Below, piece by piece: positions 8,594-15,386 of a stretch of 20,000 nucleotides of DNA (position 1 is its first letter; every line of letters starts with the position of its first letter). The notes beneath the pieces are model-generated. The model was not told the origin of the DNA, did not search any database, and worked only from the letters and a program-made list of their open reading frames with translations. Both the position numbers and the translations under genes were made by a program. This DNA comes from an uncultured virus (IMG/VR IMGVR_UViG_3300030430_003815) (Duplodnaviria > Heunggongvirae > Uroviricota > Caudoviricetes). The stretch lies in the IMG/VR virus record IMGVR_UViG_3300030430_003815. One strand, 5' to 3'.

Positions 8594-9106
8594 ATGATAA
8601 AAAAGATAATAGCAGCAGTATTGATTAATGCATTAGCATTTGGTGGGATAATACATCATGCACATGCAGAATTTCATGAGATTGAAAAAAGAAAAAGTTT
8701 AGAATGTTTAGCTATGAATATATACTTTGAAACTAGAGCATCATCTCTTGCAGATGCTATGGCAGTTTCTGACGTAGTTATGAATAGAGTTTATAGCAGA
8801 CATTTTCCAAATAATATTTGTGATGTTATATACCAAGCGGTAAAATACCAAGATGGTAGTCCAAAAAGAAACCAATGCCAGTTTAGTTGGTATTGCGATG
8901 GAAAGAAAGATATTCCAACAGATGATACAGCATGGGAAAAATCACGAAAGTACGCAAGTGACTTCTACATATATAGCAAATATATAGGTATAACTGAAGG
9001 TGCGACACACTACCATGCGACATACGTAAAACCATATTGGGCTCCAACTCTAGATAGAATAACTAGAATAGGATCTCATATTTTTTATAGACAAAAAGGT
9101 GGCTAG
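8594..9106 (+). CDS. SleB/CwlJ-like cell wall hydrolase (Hydrolase_2, lytic transglycosylase) with signal peptide
   Basis: CLAMNIYFETR (catalytic E), VVMNRV, FPNNICDVIYQ, CQFSWYCDG, GATHYHA, IGSHIFY. N-terminal signal peptide ending AHA. Confidence 0.93.
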   Translation: MIKKIIAAVLINALAFGGIIHHAHAEFHEIEKRKSLECLAMNIYFETRASSLADAMAVSDVVMNRVYSRHFPNNICDVIYQAVKYQDGSPKRNQCQFSWYCDGKKDIPTDDTAWEKSRKYASDFYIYSKYIGITEGATHYHATYVKPYWAPTLDRITRIGSHIFYRQKGG

Positions 9107-9275
9107 TAAACTAACTCCTTGTAAAAATGTTTGTACATTGGAAGATGATATATGTATAGGCTGTGGAAGAACAAAAGAAGAAATAAGTGACTGGACCAAA
9201 TACAATAGAAAAAAAAGATTAATGATTATGAGGAGAATAAAGAATGATGACAGATTACGAACTAAAGCTCGATAG
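9099..9275 (+). CDS. DUF1289-like small Cys-rich (putative Fe-S/Zn) protein, absent from the ORF track
   Basis: Manual translation from GTG 9099 to TAG 9273-9275: MASKLTPCKNVCTLEDDICIGCGRTKEEISDW...; fits the PCxxxC..CxGCxRTxxEIxxW pattern. Confidence 0.85.
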   Translation: MASKLTPCKNVCTLEDDICIGCGRTKEEISDWTKYNRKKRLMIMRRIKNDDRLRTKAR

Positions 9276-9612
9276 AAAAGTCCGCGATCTTTCTAGTAAA
9301 GAAAGAGATATTTTAGTAGCTGACTTACAAAAAACTATCGATATCGATTATAAATTTAATGAAAAAAATTCTATAAAAGAACTGCAAAAACATATAGATA
9401 AAACGTATGACAGTCATTATTCAAAGGAAAAATTTCAAGCAGCAGAGTTTATTATAGACGGCGGTCATGGAACTGGTTTCTGTATCGGCAACATACTTAA
9501 GTATGCTCAAAGATATGGAAAGAAAGGTTCTAGAGAAGATGCTCGAAAAGATCTTTTGAAAGTGTTACATTATGCAATAATACAACTACACGTTCATGAT
9601 CAAGAATTATAG
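9244..9612 (+). CDS. DUF3310 family protein (T7 gp1.7-like nucleotide kinase family)
   Basis: SHY...GFCIGNILKYAQRYGKKG...DLLKVLHY pattern. AGGAG SD. Confidence 0.8.
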   Translation: MMTDYELKLDRKVRDLSSKERDILVADLQKTIDIDYKFNEKNSIKELQKHIDKTYDSHYSKEKFQAAEFIIDGGHGTGFCIGNILKYAQRYGKKGSREDARKDLLKVLHYAIIQLHVHDQEL

Positions 9613-9620
9613 GAGATAAC

Positions 9621-9977
9621 ATGACACAATTAAAAAACGGTGCAAAGAAATACGTATCCCCAATGTATACACCAGTTATTGGCCCAATAAAAACTGGTTA
9701 CGATGCTTATTCAACTCTACTTTCAGTAGAAAAATCACCACTTCGTAAAATGCCACCAATGGTTGGACATCTTGTATTCACGGTTTTAGCGTGGATGTGG
9801 AGTGGAATATTTGGACTTTACATGGGAAGTTACATGATATGGGGAGTAAGTGCGGTAGGTCATATGCTTCTAATATCAGGAGCTTTTATAACCTGGCTTA
9901 TATGGCAACAAGCTGATAAAGGAAACAGTGAAAGAGGATTCTACAACGGTAGAGGACCTGGCGGAGAACATGAATAA
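9621..9977 (+). CDS. hypothetical membrane protein (2 TM)
   Basis: AGGAG SD; two hydrophobic segments, each beginning with His (GHLVFTVLAWMWSGIFG; GHMLLISGAFITWLIW). Confidence 0.8.
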   Translation: MTQLKNGAKKYVSPMYTPVIGPIKTGYDAYSTLLSVEKSPLRKMPPMVGHLVFTVLAWMWSGIFGLYMGSYMIWGVSAVGHMLLISGAFITWLIWQQADKGNSERGFYNGRGPGGEHE

Positions 9978-9991
9978 AAAAAGGATACTAA

Positions 9992-10618
9992 ATGAGTGGT
10001 GACGATGAGCTGAGAAAAAGCTTACCTTATATAAAAAATTTTCGTAATGCTTTAGATATTGGTTCTTGTGTTGGAGATACAGTAAAAGATTTTTCAACTA
10101 AGTTCAAACATGTGTATGGATTTGAACCTTTAAAAGAAACATACGGCAAGTTGGTAGAAAATACTAAACATTTGAATAATGTCACATGCTACAACTATGC
10201 AGTAGGAGAAAAATCTGATGAGTTAGAAATCTCTAATCTTAAGTTATCTCCTACAAGAAATAAGATTCTTGATAAAGAAGGTGAAAAATTTTTAGACGGT
10301 TATGTAAAAAGTCGAAATCTAGGTTTTCACCTTTGGTCAAGAGAAAAAGTAAAAGCTATTGATATTGATAGCTTTAAATTTACTGATATAGATTTTATTA
10401 AAATAGATACTGAAGGTTATGTTCTTCCAGTTCTAAAAGGAATGAAAAACACTCTTTTAGAAAATAATTATCCACCTCTTTTTGTAGAAATAGATAATAG
10501 TTTTGGTGGATTACAAGATGTGTTAAAATGGTTTAAAGATTTAGGTTACAGTAAAGAATCAGTTGATAGATTAAATTATATTTTTTATTTTGAAGTAAAA
10601 AATGGATACTTTTTATAA
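9992..10618 (+). CDS. FkbM-family SAM-dependent methyltransferase
   Basis: ALDIGSCVG, VYGFEP, NYAVG, IDFIKIDTEG, LFVEI. Confidence 0.9.
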   Translation: MSGDDELRKSLPYIKNFRNALDIGSCVGDTVKDFSTKFKHVYGFEPLKETYGKLVENTKHLNNVTCYNYAVGEKSDELEISNLKLSPTRNKILDKEGEKFLDGYVKSRNLGFHLWSREKVKAIDIDSFKFTDIDFIKIDTEGYVLPVLKGMKNTLLENNYPPLFVEIDNSFGGLQDVLKWFKDLGYSKESVDRLNYIFYFEVKNGYFL

Positions 10619-10625
10619 AAAAACG

Positions 10626-10654
10626 TTTACATTGTTTAAAAAATATGGTATAAT
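10626..10654 (+). promoter_or_regulatory. strong sigma70-type/T4 early-like promoter driving the ncRNA island
   Basis: (G)TTTACA 10626-10631, 17-nt spacer, extended TGG-TATAAT 10649-10654, A-tract upstream. Overlapping AATAAATA (10652-10659) is one mismatch from the T4 late promoter. Confidence 0.8.
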
Positions 10655-10664
10655 AAATATATTA

Positions 10665-11030
10665 TTCGGACGGTGAAGCTGAGTTAAAGTAGACTGGACT
10701 CGGGGGCGGTACCCGACGGCTCCACCAAGAATACTGGCCCATAAGTAGCCTTCGTAGCGTCATCCGGATGCCACCATTAAGTAGGTGGTTAGCAGTCAGA
10801 CGATAAAGACAGTAAGATGTCTTAGGGTTTTAGAACGTGGCTTGGTTCTCCAGTATTCTTGATGGGGCCGAAATAGGATCGACAGATATGGAGATAACGT
10901 GGAGTTCGACGGTTAATCGCGTCAAAGATTAAACAAACTAAACGCAAACGATGATTTTGCACCTGTGGATTACGCCCTAGCGGCCTAATCGCACCGAGCC
11001 AGGAGGAGCTTGGGAACAGAATCCTCCACG
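10665..11030 (+). ncRNA. ssrA: circularly permuted (two-piece) tmRNA, alphaproteobacterial type; tag ANDDFAPVDYALAA
   Basis: Acceptor piece comes first: T-stem TCGGG/CCCGA with loop GGCGGTA, then CGGCTCC-ACCA ending at 10727. Coding piece starts GGGGCCGAAATAGGATCGAC at 10864, giving a 7-bp acceptor stem with G3.U70. Tag frame 10944-10988. GGAGGA..GGGAACAGAA..TCCTCC element at the 3' end. Outer ends approximate. Confidence 0.95.
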
Positions 11031-11053
11031 GAATTTGGTCGACGGACTGAATA

Positions 11054-11237
11054 GTGTAGTGCAAGGAAACGCGTCTTACCAAGAGGCGTAACTTGATTGC
11101 TCAGGCGTGGTAGCCAGGTTTAAGGCCTAGCGGCTAAGAATCACATCACCATACCAGGTGGGAGTAAGTTCTGGGAGTTATGAGAGATGGTATCTTGAGC
11201 GACCCAGTTGGAGGTATACCCATAGTCCTCCCTACAC
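11054..11237 (+). ncRNA. structured ncRNA of about 185 nt, resembling the manA RNA motif
   Basis: Closing helix GTGTAG/CTACAC; CAAG/CTTG enclosing ACGCGTCTT/AAGAGGCGT; CACC/GGTG hairpin whose loop ATACCA (11151-11156) is complementary to TGGTAT (11188-11193); CTGGG/CCCAG; GGAGG/CCTCC. The family name is from recall only. Confidence 0.6.
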
Positions 11238-11246
11238 ACATTACAA

Positions 11247-11390
11247 CCGAGATAACTGCCGAGTATTGCTTAGAACAATTCGTCATAGCAAAAATGGTTG
11301 GTCAATCTCTCATCGAGGCGGAGGATGAGCGGTAAGTTATCGGGGGTGATGCCCTAATACATCCGCGGGAAGCCTATGGTTAGCTTCCCA
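11247..11390 (+). ncRNA. unassigned structured RNA of about 145 nt
   Basis: GATAACT/AGTTATC plus GCCG/CGGT closing helix; inner hairpins TTGCT/AGCAA and CTCATC/GATGAG; terminal GGGAAGC/GCTTCCC hairpin. GC-rich, with no ORF in the track. Confidence 0.55.
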
Positions 11391-11395
11391 TCTTT
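11367..11395 (+). terminator. possible terminator or 3' hairpin of the ncRNA island
   Basis: 7-bp GGGAAGC/GCTTCCC stem followed by ATCTTT; the U-tract is weak. Confidence 0.35.
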
Positions 11396-11441
11396 ATATA
11401 AGTGATATATATTATTATTATTAATTTACTGGGAGATTATA

Positions 11442-11654
11442 ATGGCAAAGATTGGTGACGATATTAAAGAAGCAATGATAGCGCATGCAAAAGGACACAT
11501 TGAAAAACATAAAATGAACGTGATGATTTATTTTCGAAATGCCGCTGGTATCGGTGGAGAAAAACATCCAGATGTACTTGAAGCCATAGAACAAGAGTTA
11601 GATATAGTTGCAAAGTATGATGATCAGATTGAGATGTTAAAAAAGTATTTTTAA
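11442..11654 (+). CDS. small hypothetical protein of a type I recall from marine T4-like phages
   Basis: GGGAG SD; motif AHAKGHIEKH...AGIG..HPD..EAIEQEL. Confidence 0.8.
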   Translation: MAKIGDDIKEAMIAHAKGHIEKHKMNVMIYFRNAAGIGGEKHPDVLEAIEQELDIVAKYDDQIEMLKKYF

Positions 11655-12892
11655 TGCAAACAGCTATCTGGACAATTGAAAAGCACAATAATTTTGATCA
11701 GCTCTATCCAGCTATTTTATCTTTATATTGGCATGTCTTCGAAGATTGGAAAGAAGGATTAGGTGTAATAAAAAAACATATATTTGAAGATAACGTTGAT
11801 CATTCGTGTAATAATATAGCAATTATAAGAGTGGCTCGTACCGAGTTATTTCGTTATAATCCAGGTTTTCAAGTTGCGTCGCATTTTAAAAATAACTGCC
11901 TACCGATAATACAATGGTGTTTAGATAGAAAAATAAAAGTTTTATTAGATGATGCTTGGGAAATAGGCGCGATGTTTACTGATGAGTTTGGTGATATATT
12001 AAAAGGATATTGGCCTTTCATAGTTGAGAATAATATTAAAATATTAGCTAATAGGCCACAAATAGAAGATAATTATGTATGCGAAGATACTGTTTATAAA
12101 TCACGAAGAGACGTTTATATAGATTCAAATTTTTTTATCTTTCAAACAAGACAACAGCATTTAAAAGATAACTTTCGCTTCAGAATGAATACTCATCCCA
12201 CATTACATAAAGATAAGAAATATTTGTATACTTGCTTGTTTGGCAATATAGCTAAAAGAAATAATGCATTTTTATATGCTAGTCTTTTAAAAAATAATCT
12301 TATTGGTGGTGATAGTTTTACTTCTACTGTTTTACGAAAAGGCGATCCTGAGTATCCTAAAAAGAGTGAGCATGCTATAGATTATCATGAAACTATAGAT
12401 TGGATATACAAGCATAAAGATGTTGTTTATAGAGATCGACCTTTTGATGAAAAAGATTTTGAGTCAGGCGCCGTACCAGAAAGAAGAATTCCACAAGAGT
12501 TGTATGACTCACATTTTGCAATAAATGTAGAAACCTCTCTGAACCCTTGGTTTTACACCGAAAAAACCTTCAAATACATAATTGCAAAGATTCCTTTTTT
12601 ATCTTATGGCGGGTATTATTTTAGTTCTGGTCTTAGGAGAAATTATGGCTTCGAAAGATTTGAAGAGATATTTGATTATTCGTATGAAGAAACTGCAATT
12701 CCAGGCAATAGATATTGTCTCATAGAAGGTATTCTTGAAAATGTTAAACGTTTAAAAAAAGAACCGGTTTCAATATTTAATCAACCTTCAGTAAGAGAGA
12801 AATTAGATTACAATGAATCTTTATTTTATAAACTCACCACAATTGATAAACTAAAAGAACACTTTAATAATATTATACAGGCAGTAAAATGA
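11654..12892 (+). CDS. putative glycosyltransferase-like protein, paralog 1
   Basis: C-terminal domain ERRIPQELYDSHFAINVET...YTEKTFK..I..KIPF...FDYSYE, reminiscent of the GT10-type TEK motif. Shared with two nearby paralogs. Confidence 0.55.
   Translation: MQTAIWTIEKHNNFDQLYPAILSLYWHVFEDWKEGLGVIKKHIFEDNVDHSCNNIAIIRVARTELFRYNPGFQVASHFKNNCLPIIQWCLDRKIKVLLDDAWEIGAMFTDEFGDILKGYWPFIVENNIKILANRPQIEDNYVCEDTVYKSRRDVYIDSNFFIFQTRQQHLKDNFRFRMNTHPTLHKDKKYLYTCLFGNIAKRNNAFLYASLLKNNLIGGDSFTSTVLRKGDPEYPKKSEHAIDYHETIDWIYKHKDVVYRDRPFDEKDFESGAVPERRIPQELYDSHFAINVETSLNPWFYTEKTFKYIIAKIPFLSYGGYYFSSGLRRNYGFERFEEIFDYSYEETAIPGNRYCLIEGILENVKRLKKEPVSIFNQPSVREKLDYNESLFYKLTTIDKLKEHFNNIIQAVK
12653..12692 (+). repeat. 40-nt exact direct repeat, copy 1 (copy 2 at 14017-14056)
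   Basis: GAAAGATTTGAAGAGATATTTGATTATTCGTATGAAGAAA is identical in paralogs 1 and 2. Confidence 0.9.
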
Positions 12893-14262
12893 TTTCGTTA
12901 TGGGTTACTGCTGAAAATATACATCACCAATTTTATGGTACAACAGCAAGACACCAAATGGTCGGTAATACTACCTCAATCGGATCAATATTTCAAATCG
13001 TGCCAAGAATTTATGATGGTTTTAAAATCAAAAAAATATTTGAAGATAAAGTTAAAAAAGAAGAGACTAATCTGGCAATAATACGTGCTGATTGTAGATA
13101 TATGTGGCACTACGATAACAATCATACGAACTGGAAATATATCAAAAAACAATGTGACTGGTGTCTTGACAATCATATTCAACCAGTTATAGACGATTGT
13201 TGGGAAGCCGGAGAACCTTTTGCCAGATCATATACTGGCTGGCAGGAACAAAAAGACTACTTAATAAAAAATAAAATTAAGATCATAGCATGCACACCAA
13301 AAATTCATCACAAGTTTAAATGGGATAATGAAAAGGATGGATGTTTTAAGTTCGACACTGACGACGTATTTATTAATTTTGACAATTTTTTCTATCTTAC
13401 TCGATATCAGCATCAAATGTTCAATAATAACTTTAAGATGAGGACCTATCCGACTTTTCATGAAAATAAAAAATATCTCTTTACAGCACTGACTGGAGAT
13501 ATTCTAAAAAAGAGAAATGGAGTTCTTTTAGGTAGTCTATTTTATAACAATCTTATAGATGAAAATTGTTTTTATACATCAATCGTTGGGTCAGATATTC
13601 CTGAAAAATGGATAGCTGAAGATCATATGGTTGATATTGTAGATAAAGAAACTCTGCATGAATTGGAAGAATACGTAAACGAAAATAAAGAAAAAATACT
13701 TAAACATAAACCCTTTGATGATAATTATAAAAATATAGATCCAGACGTACCTGTTCTACCTTGTCAAGGCGAGAAAGGAAATGATCCTTTATTTCCTTTG
13801 GAAGGAGATGTATCAGAGCCACCTGGAAGTAGTATGATTTATGAAAGAAGAATTCCACAAGAGTTATACGACTCGCATTTCTCTATAAATGTAGAAACCA
13901 TGGATCACCCTTTCTTCTTTACAGAAAAAACTTTTAAAAATGTAATTGCAAAGATTCCTTTTATAACATACGGTGGTTCTTACTTTTCTGCAGGACTAAA
14001 AGAACACCATGGTTTAGAAAGATTTGAAGAGATATTTGATTATTCGTATGAAGAAATTCCACCAAAAAATACAAGATCTGGTAAATATGCCAAAGGAATA
14101 GTCGATAACATTAAACGTTTGAAAAAAGAACCTGTCTCAATATTTAGCCAGCCTTCAGTAAGAGAAAAACTAGATTATAACGAGTATATATACCTCAAAA
14201 TGACAACAGATATTGAAGTACAAAAGGCTGTAGAAAAATTATTTTATGAGGTTTTAAAATGA
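12889..14262 (+). CDS. putative glycosyltransferase-like protein, paralog 2
   Basis: ERRIPQELYDSHFSINVET...FTEKTFK..IAKIPF...FDYSYE...QPSVREKLDYN. ATGA overlaps at both ends. Confidence 0.55.
   Translation: MISLWVTAENIHHQFYGTTARHQMVGNTTSIGSIFQIVPRIYDGFKIKKIFEDKVKKEETNLAIIRADCRYMWHYDNNHTNWKYIKKQCDWCLDNHIQPVIDDCWEAGEPFARSYTGWQEQKDYLIKNKIKIIACTPKIHHKFKWDNEKDGCFKFDTDDVFINFDNFFYLTRYQHQMFNNNFKMRTYPTFHENKKYLFTALTGDILKKRNGVLLGSLFYNNLIDENCFYTSIVGSDIPEKWIAEDHMVDIVDKETLHELEEYVNENKEKILKHKPFDDNYKNIDPDVPVLPCQGEKGNDPLFPLEGDVSEPPGSSMIYERRIPQELYDSHFSINVETMDHPFFFTEKTFKNVIAKIPFITYGGSYFSAGLKEHHGLERFEEIFDYSYEEIPPKNTRSGKYAKGIVDNIKRLKKEPVSIFSQPSVREKLDYNEYIYLKMTTDIEVQKAVEKLFYEVLK
14017..14056 (+). repeat. 40-nt exact direct repeat, copy 2
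   Basis: Identical to 12653-12692. Confidence 0.9.
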
Positions 14263-15386
14263 ACATAGGATTTATAGGACTTGGAAAATTAGGAGGACCG
14301 GTAGTAGAAGCTATCAGAGAAGCTGGTCATAGTGTCGTTGGATATGATGTAAATGGATCTGGTACTGATTCAATAGAAAACTGTGTAAAAGATTCTGAGA
14401 TTGTATTTGTTGCGGTTCCAACACCTCATGATCCGGCTTACGATGGAAAGTATGTATGCAGTAATCTAGAACCAAAAGATTTCGATTACACTATTGCTAG
14501 AGATGTCTTAACAGAAGCTGATAAGTACATGATTAAAGATCAGTTACTAGTCTTAATATCTACAGTTCTTCCAGGAACCACAAGAGAACACTTTGAACCA
14601 AATGTTAAAAATGCTACCTTTATATACAATCCATATTTAATTGCAATGGGAACTGTTAAGAGAGATTTCTTAAATCCTGAAATGATTATGATGGGATCTA
14701 AAGACGAGTATGCGATGTTTCGATTGGAAGAATTCTACAAACAAATATGTAATTGCGATAGATACATCAGAGGAACATATGAAGAGTGTGAAGCAATTAA
14801 AATATTTTATAATACATTTATTACTACAAAGATCACTCTTGTTAATATGATTCAAGACGTAGCAATGAGACTCGGAAATATGAACGTTGATGTAGTTACA
14901 GATGCACTTGCTCATTCTACTGAAAGAATTATGTCACCGAGATATATGACAGCAGGAATGGGAGACGGTGGTTCTTGTCATCCAAGAGATAACATAGCTT
15001 TAAGATATATGGCTCAAGAACTTAGACTTGGATATGACATATTTGATACTATCATAAAAGCTCGAGAAGAGCAAGCAAGAAACATGGCAAACTTCTTAAA
15101 AGATCTATCTTTAGAAAACAATCTTCCAATTGTTATAATTGGAAAAGGATTTAAGCCAGATGTACCGTATGAAGATGGATCATCATCTATATTAGTATCG
15201 CAGTTTTGCGATTGTACTTTCGATGATTTTTCTAAACCTGCAGTATTTCTACTAGCGCATTCGCGTAAGATAACTTACGGCGGTATCAATGATGATTATA
15301 ACTTTCCGAAAGGATCAGTAATTGTGGATCCTTGGAGAGAAAGAAAAGACGCTATTTGGTATGGTAACACAAGAAATGAAACTTGA
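14259..15386 (+). CDS. ugd: UDP-glucose/GDP-mannose 6-dehydrogenase family protein
   Basis: IGFIGLGKLG, FVAVPTP, STVLPGTT, IKIFYNTF, catalytic GGSCHPRD, GFKPD, IVDPW. Confidence 0.92.
   Translation: MNIGFIGLGKLGGPVVEAIREAGHSVVGYDVNGSGTDSIENCVKDSEIVFVAVPTPHDPAYDGKYVCSNLEPKDFDYTIARDVLTEADKYMIKDQLLVLISTVLPGTTREHFEPNVKNATFIYNPYLIAMGTVKRDFLNPEMIMMGSKDEYAMFRLEEFYKQICNCDRYIRGTYEECEAIKIFYNTFITTKITLVNMIQDVAMRLGNMNVDVVTDALAHSTERIMSPRYMTAGMGDGGSCHPRDNIALRYMAQELRLGYDIFDTIIKAREEQARNMANFLKDLSLENNLPIVIIGKGFKPDVPYEDGSSSILVSQFCDCTFDDFSKPAVFLLAHSRKITYGGINDDYNFPKGSVIVDPWRERKDAIWYGNTRNET

Noticed and set aside
10695..10727. Stand-alone tRNA ending in CCA
   Set aside because: No D or anticodon arm upstream; its acceptor partner lies downstream at 10864, so it is the permuted tmRNA.
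10728..10863. Known self-cleaving ribozyme (HDV-like/theta, hammerhead, twister, pistol) after the CCA
   Set aside because: I could not fit the catalytic cores (no CTGANGA/GAAA; no clean HDV P1/P3/P1.1 nesting). Left as an unassigned structure.
10822..11082. 86-aa minus-strand ORF in the ncRNA island
   Set aside because: Antisense to the tmRNA coding piece; the open frame is explained by the higher GC; no SD or recognisable motif.
10990..11240. RNase P RNA (AACAGAA at about 11018 resembles CR-V)
   Set aside because: No GAGGAAAGTCC CR-I motif; the AACAGAA lies in the 3' element of the alphaproteobacterial tmRNA coding piece.
12479..14185. CRISPR array or DGR template/variable repeat
   Set aside because: The repeats are in-frame paralogous coding blocks; there is no spacer periodicity, no adenine-specific mismatch pattern and no reverse transcriptase in the window.
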